Origin: Octopus sinensis
Lineage: Eukaryota
DNA: 64,000 nucleotides
NCBI RefSeq assembly: GCF_006345805.1
Contig: NC_042998.1
Location: 156,736,001 to 156,800,000, forward strand
Direction: 5' to 3'
Position 1 is the stretch's first letter. Each line of letters begins with the position of its first letter. This document shows positions 1-11,229 of this stretch, one piece after another. A program made the position numbers and the translations under genes. A model generated the notes under the pieces. The model had not been told where the DNA came from. It did no database searches and saw only the letters and a program-made list of their open reading frames with translations.

Positions 1-226
1 TATTGGAGGTGGTCCCATTGGCTACTACCACCTGACTTCTATCCTTCAGAAAGTCATGAAGCCATTCTCCCATTTTTCCGACTATGGCAAGATCACGCAG
101 TTTGTGACATATCATTCCATGATCGACTTTATGTGTATATAAATATATGTGTATATATATATATATGCATGTATATATATATATGTATATACATGTATAC
201 ATATATATAGGTATATATATATATGT

Positions 227-258
<32 letters not shown>

Positions 259-300
259 TATTATTATTATTATTAAAAGGTCACAATACATGTATTAAAA

Positions 301-352
301 CGCTACTAATAGTTTCATTTGTTGAGAGAACTCAAGCATATTCCTCAGACTC
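301..352 (-). ncRNA. Minimal hammerhead ribozyme motif (CUGAGGA...GAAA, GUA site), weak stem I
   Basis: CTGAGGA atatgc TTGAG ttct CTCAA caaat GAAA CTA T TAG TA. Confidence 0.55.
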
Positions 353-907
353 AAACCAAATATCATGAATTAAAATATTGAGTAAATAGAAGAAACGCCA
401 TGCAGCTGAGAAAACAGCATATAGAAAACGCAGACAGTATCTAACGGAAAAGGAAAAATGGAAAATGAAAGTAAAATGTCAAAAAATAAAAAGTGCTATC
501 CTCCATAAGCCTTAAATGATAAGGCTGGAAAGATATGAAGTCAGTCAGGTATAGGCAGAATTTTCCAATTCGGCAGGACTTCCACCCGTTCCACTCCACA
601 AAACAAACCTTAAAAAATTTTTTTTCGACACAAACCACCTTAGAGTTAGTGTTGGGAAAAAAGTCAAAATTGCAGGAGTTGGGGAAAGCGGGGGGAATTT
701 TCACAATGCCGTCTTTTGGCAATTTTCCGGAACCTCCGTATCCGAAACGGGGATTTTTTGCAAAAAACAGAAAAAAATTACAAGAATAAACAAATCTGCG
801 AGAAAATGGACGGTGGCGGGGCAAGTCTTTCCTCCAATTCTTCAGAATATATTTATACATATGCATGCAACCACTAAAAAATTTTGACCTTTCTATGTGT
901 GTGCGTG

Positions 908-1021
<114 letters not shown>

Positions 1022-1083
1022 GGAGTAAACACATAAATGTGAAACAAGGTGGAAAAAAGAGTATTCAAATACCAGTGGTAGAG

Positions 1084-1425
1084 TAATATGCTTTATTTAA
1101 AGCAGCAGAAAATTCAACAAAACCTGTTACTCTGAGTTTCCCGTTGCCGTTCATCGGACAGTTTTTGCTAGAATGGAACCAATATGTCAATTCTATCCAA
1201 GCTATTACAAACGCTACACCTTTAAAAAAAATGGACTTGTTTAATTGACCGTTATTTCTAAAGGGCCAATCAAACAAGTTCATTTTTTTTAAAGGTGTAG
1301 CGTTTGTAATAGTCTGGATAGAATTCACATATCGGTTCCATTCTAGCAAAAACTGTCCGATGAACGGCAACGGAAACTCAGAGTAACAGGTTTTGTTGAA
1401 TTTTCTGCTGCTTTAAATAAAGTAT

Positions 1426-1427
<2 letters not shown>
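1084..1427. repeat. Inverted repeat/hairpin (arms about 160 bp)
   Basis: 1084-1245 is the reverse complement of 1270-1427. Confidence 0.9.
1353..1389 (+). ncRNA. Minimal hammerhead motif, CCGAUGA core (inverted copy 1124-1161 on - strand)
   Basis: CTGT CCGATGA A CG-GCAA-CG GAAA CTC A GAG TA ACAG: stem I CTGT/ACAG, GNRA-capped stem II, palindromic stem III. Confidence 0.75.
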
Positions 1428-1510
<83 letters not shown>

Positions 1511-1772
1511 AATAAGGGAATATCAATTTCGGCGTCACAGGGATGAGATTAAGAATATTAAGTTGAATTATTCTCAATAAATAAATACATATATATCAAA
1601 ATATCATTAGAGACGGAAATCTTCATAAATTCATCAAATCAGAATATAAACTCAACCATGTCATAGAATATTATATTTAAAACTTACTATTCATGTTCAA
1701 AGATGTCGACTACATGTGTTTCTAACAATTAATTTATGTTTATTTGCTTGAGGGCTAGATTTTATTAATTAA

Positions 1773-2476
1773 TCACTTCACTTTGTGTTTACATTTCATC
1801 TTTCTTTCATCCTGTGCATTAAGTAGTTTACTTTTTGCCCATAATATCTCCATGAATTCATGGACACACAACAAACATAGTCTAATCCCAATTCTATACG
1901 ATTTGGTTTTTCTTATTATCTCCCACTTAATTTTATATTTAATTCCTTTCGATTTTAAACTCCAGATGTATTTACTCAAATCTGTCGAGTTCATTAATTA
2001 TTCTTGAATGAATTCATATGCTGTGCTATTTGTTGTTTAATATTATTCGATCTCGAACCAATAAATGTTCTATCTGAATTTCTTTCAATATTTATATTAC
2101 TATTATTATTATTTATTTCACTTAGTTCTTTCGTATCTTCGTTTACAGAAACTACACATTTATATACTACATCAGTTAAATTACATCTACCTTTAATTTT
2201 ACAGTGATTTTTATCCCTACAATTGCAACTTTTTAAGTCTCTAACCTTATTATTAGGATACTTATTTAATTTATCATAGTAATATTTATTCAACTAATGT
2301 CTATTAAGTGATGAAATAATGTTCCCTACGTTGTTGGTAGTTGAATATCCAACACCTCTAATATTTTTAGAGAATAAGTCCATATATTTTTTGTTTTCTA
2401 TAATAAATGATTCTATAGTTTTAGTAATTTCTTTTATAATATTACTTTTAACTTGAGTCCCATAAGGGACTATCAA
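1773..2476 (-). mobile_element. Penelope-like element remnant (GIY-YIG endonuclease region)
   Basis: Broken ORFs: CNCRDKNHCKIKGRCNLTDVVYKC...FIGSRSNNIK...STDLSKYIWSLKSKGIKYKIKWEII...CLLCVHE. Confidence 0.85.
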
Positions 2477-2606
2477 CCATATTGTTTTATTTTTATTTGT
2501 GTTTATATTCTTATATTCTTCTTATTCGTATCTTATATATGTATATATATATATATTATATATATATATATATATATAAATATATATATGTATGTATATA
2601 TATATG

Positions 2607-2702
<96 letters not shown>

Positions 2703-2716
2703 AGTAAATAAAACAT

Positions 2717-3990
2717 ATGCATATATACATACATATATGTATGTACCTACATCTACATGTATATATACATGCATATATGGGTACAGGACACCAAAAAAAC
2801 GTCGAACACAATGAGAAACGAAAACATAAACACAAAAATGAGGAAATGGACATATTTTTTAAACAACGAAAAAATATAGTACAAGACATACAAACAAGGA
2901 AAATTCCCCTTCTTCAGTCGCCTTAATTTCATCTGCTCCACGTTTTCGAAGGTCAGGCGATACATGACTTCAATGAAATTTTCCTTCCCGCGGAAATCAA
3001 ATTAAATAAAATTTGAGATTTTTTTGCGGAGGGGTAAAAATGGTAACAAAAACAGGACAGTAACGACAGTACAAAATATAAACAGGACAACGGAGAATAA
3101 CAGTAACACAAACAAGGAGGGCTGTTAAGCCAAAAGAGATAATTTTTTTTTTTTACGAACACTATTCTTTGGGATCGGCAGAGCAACAGATTTTACTTGG
3201 AGAAAGCTGGAGAAGAGAAGACAGAAATAGGCATCTCATCACGTGACCGCGACGGGGGACGGAGGAGGGAGAGAGAAAACGGGGATGGTGGTAGAGAAAA
3301 GAATGAAGAATGAGAGAGAGAGGGAGAAACAGTAAGGTAGAAGAAAAGGAAAGCCAAATGAACGAAGGCTGAGAAAGGGAGGGGGAGAGAAAGGTTAAGA
3401 GTGCGCATCAGTATTAATATTAAGAACAATCTTACTTAGAAATGGATGCGTGCGTTCAGTCATATATAAATAAATAAATAAAACATATGCAAATATACAT
3501 ACATATATGTACGTACCTACCTCTACATGTATATATACATGCATATATGTATATATATGCATGTATATAAGATTGTTCTTAATGCAGGACACCAAAACAT
3601 ATGCATATATACATACATATATGTATGTACCTACATCTACATATATATATACATGCATACATGGGTACAGGACACCAAAAAAACGTCGAACACAATGAGA
3701 AACGAACACATAAACACAAAAATGAGGAAATGGACATATTTTTTTAAACAACGAAAAAATAGAGTACAGGACATACAAACAAGGAAAATTCCCCTTCTTC
3801 AGTCGCCTTAATTTCATCTACTCCACGTTTCGAAGGTCAGGCGATACATGACTTCAATGAAATTTTCCTTCCCGCGGAAATCAAATTAAATAAAATTTGA
3901 GATTTTTTTGCGGAGGGGTAAAAATGGTAACAAAAACAGGACAGTAACGACAGTACAAACTATAAACAGGACAACGGAGAATAACAGTAA
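2717..3990. repeat. Tandem duplication of an interspersed repeat (about 2717-3110 and 3590-3990); related copies near 19590-20240 and 59150-59250
   Basis: Near-identical GGGTACAGGACACCAAAAAAACGTCGAACAC...CCCGCGGAAATCAAATTAAATAAAATTTGAG blocks. Confidence 0.85.
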
Positions 3991-3994
3991 TATA

Positions 3995-4368
3995 TATATA
4001 TGTGGAAGCACTCCGTCGGTTACGACGATGAGGGTTCCGGTTGATCCGAATCACCGGAACAGCCTGCTCGTGAAATTAACGTGTAAGTGGCTGAGCACTC
4101 CACAGACACGTGTACCCTTAACGTAGTTCTCAGGGATATTCAGCATGACACAGATAGTGACAAGGCCGGCCCTTTGAAATACAGGCACAACAGAAACAGG
4201 AAGTAAGTGAAAGAGTACAGCAGTACACCACCATCCCCTGCCGGAGCCTCGTGGATCTTTTAGGTGTTTTCGCTCAATAAACACTCACAACGTCCGGTCT
4301 GGGAATCGAAACCGCGATCCTATGACCGCGAGTCCACTGCCCTAACCACTGGGCCATTGCGCGCCTCC
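3995..4368 (-). mobile_element. tRNA-derived SINE
   Basis: GGAGGCGCGCAATGGCCCAGTGGTTAGG (A box) ... GGTTTCGATTCCC (B box) followed by a conserved body. Confidence 0.85.
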
Positions 4369-4432
4369 AAATATATATATATATATATATTATATATATG
4401 TATATATATATATGTATATATGTATATATATA

Positions 4433-4496
<64 letters not shown>

Positions 4497-4702
4497 TATA
4501 TATATATTATATATATATATCCTACGACCGCAAGTCCGCTGCCCTAACCACTGGGCCATATACATATACATATACACACACACATATATATTTGTTGAAT
4601 TTTCTGCCGCTTTAAATAAAGTATATATATATATATATATACTTATTTAAAGAAAATTCAACAAATATATATATGTGTGTGTGTGTGTGTATGTATATGT
4701 AT

Positions 4703-4995
4703 ATGGCCCAGTGGTTAGGGCAGCGGACTTGCGGTCGTAGGATCGCGGTTTCGATTCTCAGACTGGGCGTTGTGAGTGTTTATTGAGCGAAAACACCTAA
4801 AAAAGCTCCACGACGGTCCGGCAGGGGGGGGGGGGTGATCCCTGCTATACTCTTTCACCACTCTTTCTCCAACTCTTTCTTCTGTTGGCCTGCTCGCTTA
4901 GCCAGCGGGGTGGCGTCATTTGAAGGCTAAAACAATGCGAACGCATTTTGACCAGCGATGTGTAACAACATCTGATGGTCTGGTCGGTCACGTGA
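4703..4995 (+). mobile_element. tRNA-derived SINE, same family as 3995-4368
   Basis: TGGCCCAGTGGTTAGG ... GGTTTCGATTCTC ... GTGTTTATTGAGCGAAAACACC. Confidence 0.85.
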
Positions 4996-5068
4996 TACAT
5001 ATGTATATATATGTATATATATATGTATGTATATATATAATATATGTATGTATGCATGTGTATATACG

Positions 5069-5153
<85 letters not shown>

Positions 5154-5261
5154 ATCTGAAATGCGAAAAGTTTGTTTGTCTGGTTTTGGCATTGAGAACG
5201 GGTTAAAGTCCACTAGATCCCGCATATAATGCGTACACACACACACATATATATATAATGC

Positions 5262-5297
<36 letters not shown>

Positions 5298-6096
5298 GCA
5301 TTATATATATATGTATGTGTGTGTACGCATTATATATACAAATGTATACAAATTATATATATATAGTATATATATATATATATAAATTAAATTAGAGATA
5401 AAACCACTAATAGGCAAATCAAACAGTGAAAAACATAAACCAAAACATAAAAATAAAAATATAATTTACAAAATATATAAAATATAAAATTAAAAAATTT
5501 TTATTATTTTAATTTAAAATTAAAATTATTAATTTATATTTATAATTTTTTAAAAAATATATATAACTATCAAAAAGTATTAAAAAGTTTAATATACATA
5601 AATACAGATATATACACTTTGTATATATACATTATATATACATATTTATATATAGAACACACACACACACACATATAAATTAACCCAATAAATATCTGAT
5701 TCATAATATTTGTTCTCACGATTGTGTGGTGGTGGTGGCGATGATAATTCTGTTTATGAGATACAGAACGCTGTGAAACGACGTTATAAAGAGAAAGTGA
5801 AGGGGAGTTAGACGCTGTGAAGCGACGTTATACATAGAATGTGATGGGAAGGGAGGAAAGAGAGTGAGTGACGGAGGAAGACAGATACATAAAAGAATAA
5901 GAGTAGACTTGTCAAAGTGCGTTTTTGGCCCTAGCAACGACACCTTTTAAGATAGGGGTTTCTATCCTAGCCCACTCGCATCCTCACCTCATTTTACATG
6001 TCCCTGTAAATTTTGGATTCAATCCGACGGTATCTAGTGGAATTTAACCCGTTCTCAATGCCAAAACCAGACAAACAAACTTTTCGCATTTCAGAT

Positions 6097-6180
<84 letters not shown>

Positions 6181-6194
6181 GTATATACACATGC

Positions 6195-6266
<72 letters not shown>

Positions 6267-6336
6267 ATTGATAAAACGGTAAGATAACAAAAGAAAGAAA
6301 GAGACCTCAATATTATGTAAATAGAGGAAATTTATC

Positions 6337-8316
6337 TATACAATATGTTACATTACTCGGTAGTCAAGATAAAACTCTGAGTTTCAGATGCCAAAGTGGA
6401 AATCCACAACACCATCTCTTCGGTTATCTGGCTATTTGAAAACGTTATGAAAAAATACCGTTAAAAATGAAGGGAAATTACTCTGTTATAACTCTGCTTT
6501 GCCTGCGTACTTATACATCGCTCGCATTTTTCGTCATAAAAATTATATAAAAATACATAAAAATATATAAAAATATATAAAAATATATAAAATCTTCTTG
6601 GGACATAACACAGAAAGCATGTTCTATCCGTTTTCTTTAGGGGACCAAAAACGTAACAGAAATTTAGTCACATGTGGGCATGATCCGAAAAGCTCTGTCC
6701 TTGTATTTAGACATGTGGTAGGGTCTAAGCTGCTTTTCCAGATAAGCCATCTCTCCATGTCGCATAAACCGCACTTTCCGCTGCCGTTAGCATAGGGCTT
6801 ACATCTGGCCAAAATCTTCCATTGTATGTTATAATCGACACCTTTATCTCTTAAAGACCAAATATGATTGGATAATTGTGTCGCTTTTCTTTTGTTCCAG
6901 TGCCTAAAGCTCAAAGTGTGGTTATTGAACCTGGCCTTGAAATTACCCTCTGTCAGGCCCACGTATTTCTTCGTCGAAACGGTGTCTTTAGTGGTTATAG
7001 AGTTTACGGTAGCTTCATATATGATGGTCTTGGACATGCAAGCTCCATTTAGCGGGCACAATTCTTTATTCCTGCATGAACAGCTGTTTTCTTCTAGTGT
7101 TTTTTGTATGTTATGATTGATTATGTTTTTAAAATTGGTAGTTGAACTAAAACTAATTTTTAAATTGTGTCTATTGAAGAGTTTCCTATAAGCATGGTTA
7201 ACTGGAAAATGTCTATCTATCAGTGCTAGGAAATATTTACCTATATTGAAGGCCACCTCGGGTGAGTAAGGGGGCGTAAACCAGATGACCTTCCTATTTC
7301 TATTATTCCTTTTCCTTATTGTTGGGCTGGTGATAGGTGTATATTTTATTTTTTCGCTAAAACCACTATCTTTTAAAGCTTTATTATAAACTGGGGCAAC
7401 GCTATTGAAGATGTCCTCATTAGATGAGAGGCTAGAAATCCTCTTACTAATATTTTTAACTAAATTTTTGAATACTCTTCAATAGACACAATTTAAAAAT
7501 TAGTTTTAGTTCAACTACCAATTTTAAAAAACATAATCAATCATAACATACAAAAAACACAAGAAGAAAACAGCTGTTCATGCAGGAATAAAGAATTGTG
7601 CCCGCTAAATGGAGCTTGCATGTCCAAGACCATCATATATGAAGCTACCGTAAACTCTATAACCACTAAAGACACCGTTTCGACGAAGAAATACGTGGGC
7701 CTGACAGAGGGTAATTTCAAGGCCAGGTTCAATAACCACACTTTGAGCTTTAGGCACTGGAACAAAAGAAAAGCGACACAATTATCCAATCATATTTGGT
7801 CTTTAAGAGATAAAGGTGTCGATTATAACATACAATGGAAGATTTTGGCCAGATGTAAGCCCTATACTAACGGCAGCGGAAGGTGCGGTTTATGCGACAT
7901 GGAGAGATGGCTTATCTGGAAAAGCAGCTTAGACCCTACCACATGTCTAAATACAAGGACAGAGCTTTTCGGATCATGCCCACATGTGACTAAATTTCTG
8001 TTACGTTTTTGGTCCCCTAAAGAAAACGGATAGAACATGCTTTCTGTGTTATGTCCCAAGAAGATTTTATATATTTTTATATATTTTTATATATTTTTAT
8101 GTATTTTTATATAATTTTTATGACGAAAAATGCGAGCGATGTATAAGTACGCAGGCAAAGCAGAGTTATAACAGAGTAATTTCCCTTCATTTTTAACGGT
8201 ATTTTTTCATAACGTTTTCAAATAGCCAGATAACCGAAGAGATGGTGTTGTGGATTTCCACTTTGGCATCTGAAACTCAGAGTTTTATCTTGACTACCGA
8301 GTAATGTAACATATTG

Positions 8317-8318
<2 letters not shown>
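6337..8318. mobile_element. Penelope-like element, 5'-truncated on - strand (7473-6337), with an inverted copy of its 3' part (7474-8318)
   Basis: ORFs 6624-7256(-) and 7596-8033(+) encode the same GIY-YIG domain (TIIYEATV...KKYVGLTEGNFKARFNNH...CGLC). Arms 6337-7182 and 7474-8318 are near-perfect reverse complements. The spacer continues the minus-strand ORF (KVIWFTPPYS). Confidence 0.92.
8228..8290 (+). ncRNA. Hammerhead motif in PLE 3' UTR, CCGAAGA core (inverted copy 6367-6429 on - strand)
   Basis: AGATAA CCGAAGA GATG...GTGGA TT TCCAC...CATC T GAAA CTC A GAG TT TTATCT. Confidence 0.75.
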
Positions 8319-8375
<57 letters not shown>

Positions 8376-9148
8376 GTGTGTATTATGTGGTCGGTTGTGC
8401 TGAAAATATGCACACCTATGTTAAAAGTGCTGGCGAGTTTGCATGGCAACTATTTTTTTCCTCAAATGAAAGGCGTGACCTCTAGGACAAAATTCCTCAT
8501 CTTATAAAATGTGACCCGAGTAGACCCGAATGAAATCGGGTTATATTAACCAAAATGTGGAAGGGGATTAAAATTTACAGAAGCGGGTGTTTAGGAATTC
8601 TCTGTTATATGAAGCTAAAAAATTTGCGCCAACCTTTAAATCGTCAATGTGTTGCCGTCCATGATGAAGAAGTTTTGAATGCTTGCCATGGTGAGTCTAC
8701 TGTCGTGAGAAAGAATCACTTCAAAGCTTGGTGTTTAGGAATTTTCTTTTACATCAAGTTCAAAATTTTACGCCAGCCGTTAAACTGCCACTCTGTTCCT
8801 GTCCGTCGTTAAGAAATGCCAGCCATGGTGACTCTACTATCCTTAGATTCTATCCTTTCAAACTTTGGTTTCCAATTTTTTTTTATTTTTATTCAGCTCG
8901 CAAGTTCGTCTGTCCCTTTTAAATGTTAGTGTTTTGCTTTCTGCCTTGAAGCAGACCTTTCCGTTGTCACTGCCTGATATTTATGATTGATCTTTCAAAC
9001 TACTTTCTTTCTCAACTTACTCAAGATCTTTTGTTGTTTATAAATGGGAGAGACATAGATAGAGAAAGATAGAGAGTAAGAGAAAGCGAGTCCGAGAGAA
9101 AGGAAGAGTAAGAGAGTGAGAAAGGGAGAGAGAATGGAGAGAGAACCA

Positions 9149-9465
9149 CATCATCGTTTAACGTCCGTTTTCCGTGGTAGCACGGGTTGGACGGTTTGAC
9201 CGGGGTCTGGGAAGCCAGGAGATTGCACCAGGCTCCAGTCTGATCTGGCAGTGTTTCTACAGCTGGATGCCCTTCCTAACGCATACCACTCCGTGATTGT
9301 AGTGGGTGCTTTTTCCGTGCCACCGGCACAGGTGCCACGGTGGGGGGGGGGGCGCTGACAGCGGCCACGATCGGTTGGTGCTTTTTACGTGCCACCGGCA
9401 CAGAAGCCAGTCAAGGCGGCGCTGCCATCGGCCACGTTCGGATGGTGCTTTTTACGTGCCGAAAG
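9149..9465 (-). mobile_element. RTE 3'-tail fragment (others about 34686-34935 -, 54400-54650 -, 56390-56640 +)
   Basis: Reverse complement of the RTE 3' UTR 51500-51742 (CATCATCGTTTAACGTCCG...GGATGCCCTTCCTAACGC...GTGCCACCGGCAC). Confidence 0.8.
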
Positions 9466-9539
9466 GATGCAACAGAAAATAGCAACCACACTCTTACCCG
9501 CGCGTAGAGCGGGTCACCCTAAGCTAGTATGTATATATA

Positions 9540-9628
<89 letters not shown>

Positions 9629-9641
9629 ATGTATGTATGTA

Positions 9642-9672
<31 letters not shown>

Positions 9673-10399
9673 CCAAAATGGCGCCGAACTAGCAAGTCGT
9701 GTAATATACCTCTCCGAAAGTTTAGAAAAACCTTCAAGAGATCGATGTTATCAGAAGTGAATTTTGTCTGTAAAGCAAATATAAGTGAAAGTACGACAAG
9801 ACACTGTATTTGAAAAGAATATTTTTGCTTTTGATATAGTATATGCAACTAAAGGATACCTCGCGAAGAACCGAATACATGTGCTAAAGCCACGTGTTTG
9901 TAAACCTCTGAAAAGCTACTTCCTGATATCGAATTGCTCAAATATTAAATTCGCAAGCTGATCAAAACATAAAAACAAATCATAAAATATTGCATCTACG
10001 AACATCGGAACTCTATCCTTTTCTTTTGTTTACAAAATGCAAGTAAGAATACGGGAACATCGAAGTTCTATCTTTTATATCTTTCTTTCTCCTAAAACAG
10101 CCATGGTGACTCTACTATCCTTAGATTCTATCCTTTCAAACTTTGGTTTCCAATATTTTTTTATTTTTATTCAGCTCGCAAGTTCGTCTGTCCCTTTTAA
10201 ATGTTAGTGTTTTGCTTTCTGCCTTGAAGCAGACCAGAAGGTAAGAAAAATATTATTTATTATTATTATTAATAATCAGCGATCTTACGGTTCTAAGATA
10301 GCCTAATAATCCATACATATAATCGCAATTATAGATATATTTATTTTTAAACGCGCGTGTCTGTTTGTATATAAATTCGTCCGTGATACAGTGTGTTTT

Positions 10400-10619
10400 C
10401 TTCTCTCAATCCTGACTATCTGTGTAACCTTTTCTGTGTAGTTTCCTTACAGCCATATACTATATATCCCACTCTCTGTCTCACATCTACTCTCTCTCCC
10501 CCTCTGCTCACTTCTACTCACTCTCACCTCGCTGATCTGCCTTACTCTTTCTATCTCTTTCTTACCATTCTCTCCTCCTTATCTGTCTCTCCCTCCTTCA
10601 GACCCTCTATTCCGCTCTC

Positions 10620-10672
<53 letters not shown>

Positions 10673-11225
10673 TCTCGCCCTCTCTGCCATCATCTGCTGA
10701 ACTTCCACTAGCTTTCTCTTTCTGCATCTCCCCCACCCCGCTTTCTCTCAGATCAACTTTCTTGCATCTCACTCCACTCTCTGTCCTTCTACTTCACTCA
10801 TTCTCTCTTGTATCTCTATCCCGCCCTCTCTCTCTCTTTCTCGCTCTCCCTCTCTCTGCCTCTTTTCTCTCCGCTCCTTCTCAGGTCAAACCCCTTTCTC
10901 TCTTTTGCTCCTTCTGTCCCCTTCTTTCTCTACATCACCCTCTCTGTCCCTTTACTACACTCTCTTGTACCTCTATCACACCCTCTCTCTCCCTCTCCCC
11001 TTTTTCTCCCTACCTTTCCTCTACCTGCTCCCACTAAGGTCCACCCCTTGTCTCTCTTTTCCTCTCTGTCCCTTTACCTCTTTCTCTCTACCACACGTCT
11101 ATCCCGCTCTCTCTCCCCCGGCTGATCTGCCACCAGCTTTTTTCTTCTCTTCTCTTCTCTCTCTCTAAGGTCAACCATCTTATCTTTCCTTCTCTCTCTG
11201 TTCCTCTATTTCACTCTCACTGTAT
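10400..11225. repeat. CT-rich low-complexity tract
   Basis: Pyrimidine-only stretches with (CT)n. Confidence 0.85.
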
Positions 11226-11229
11226 CTCA

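Noticed and set aside
4703-4775. tRNA-like A/B boxes as real tRNA genes (also 4300-4368 and 61137-61210)
   Set aside because: They continue into conserved SINE bodies and lack a complete cloverleaf or acceptor stem.
9674-9700. CCAAAATGGCGCCG, a YY1/Kozak-like start
   Set aside because: It is followed by a stop after four codons, with no downstream exon support.
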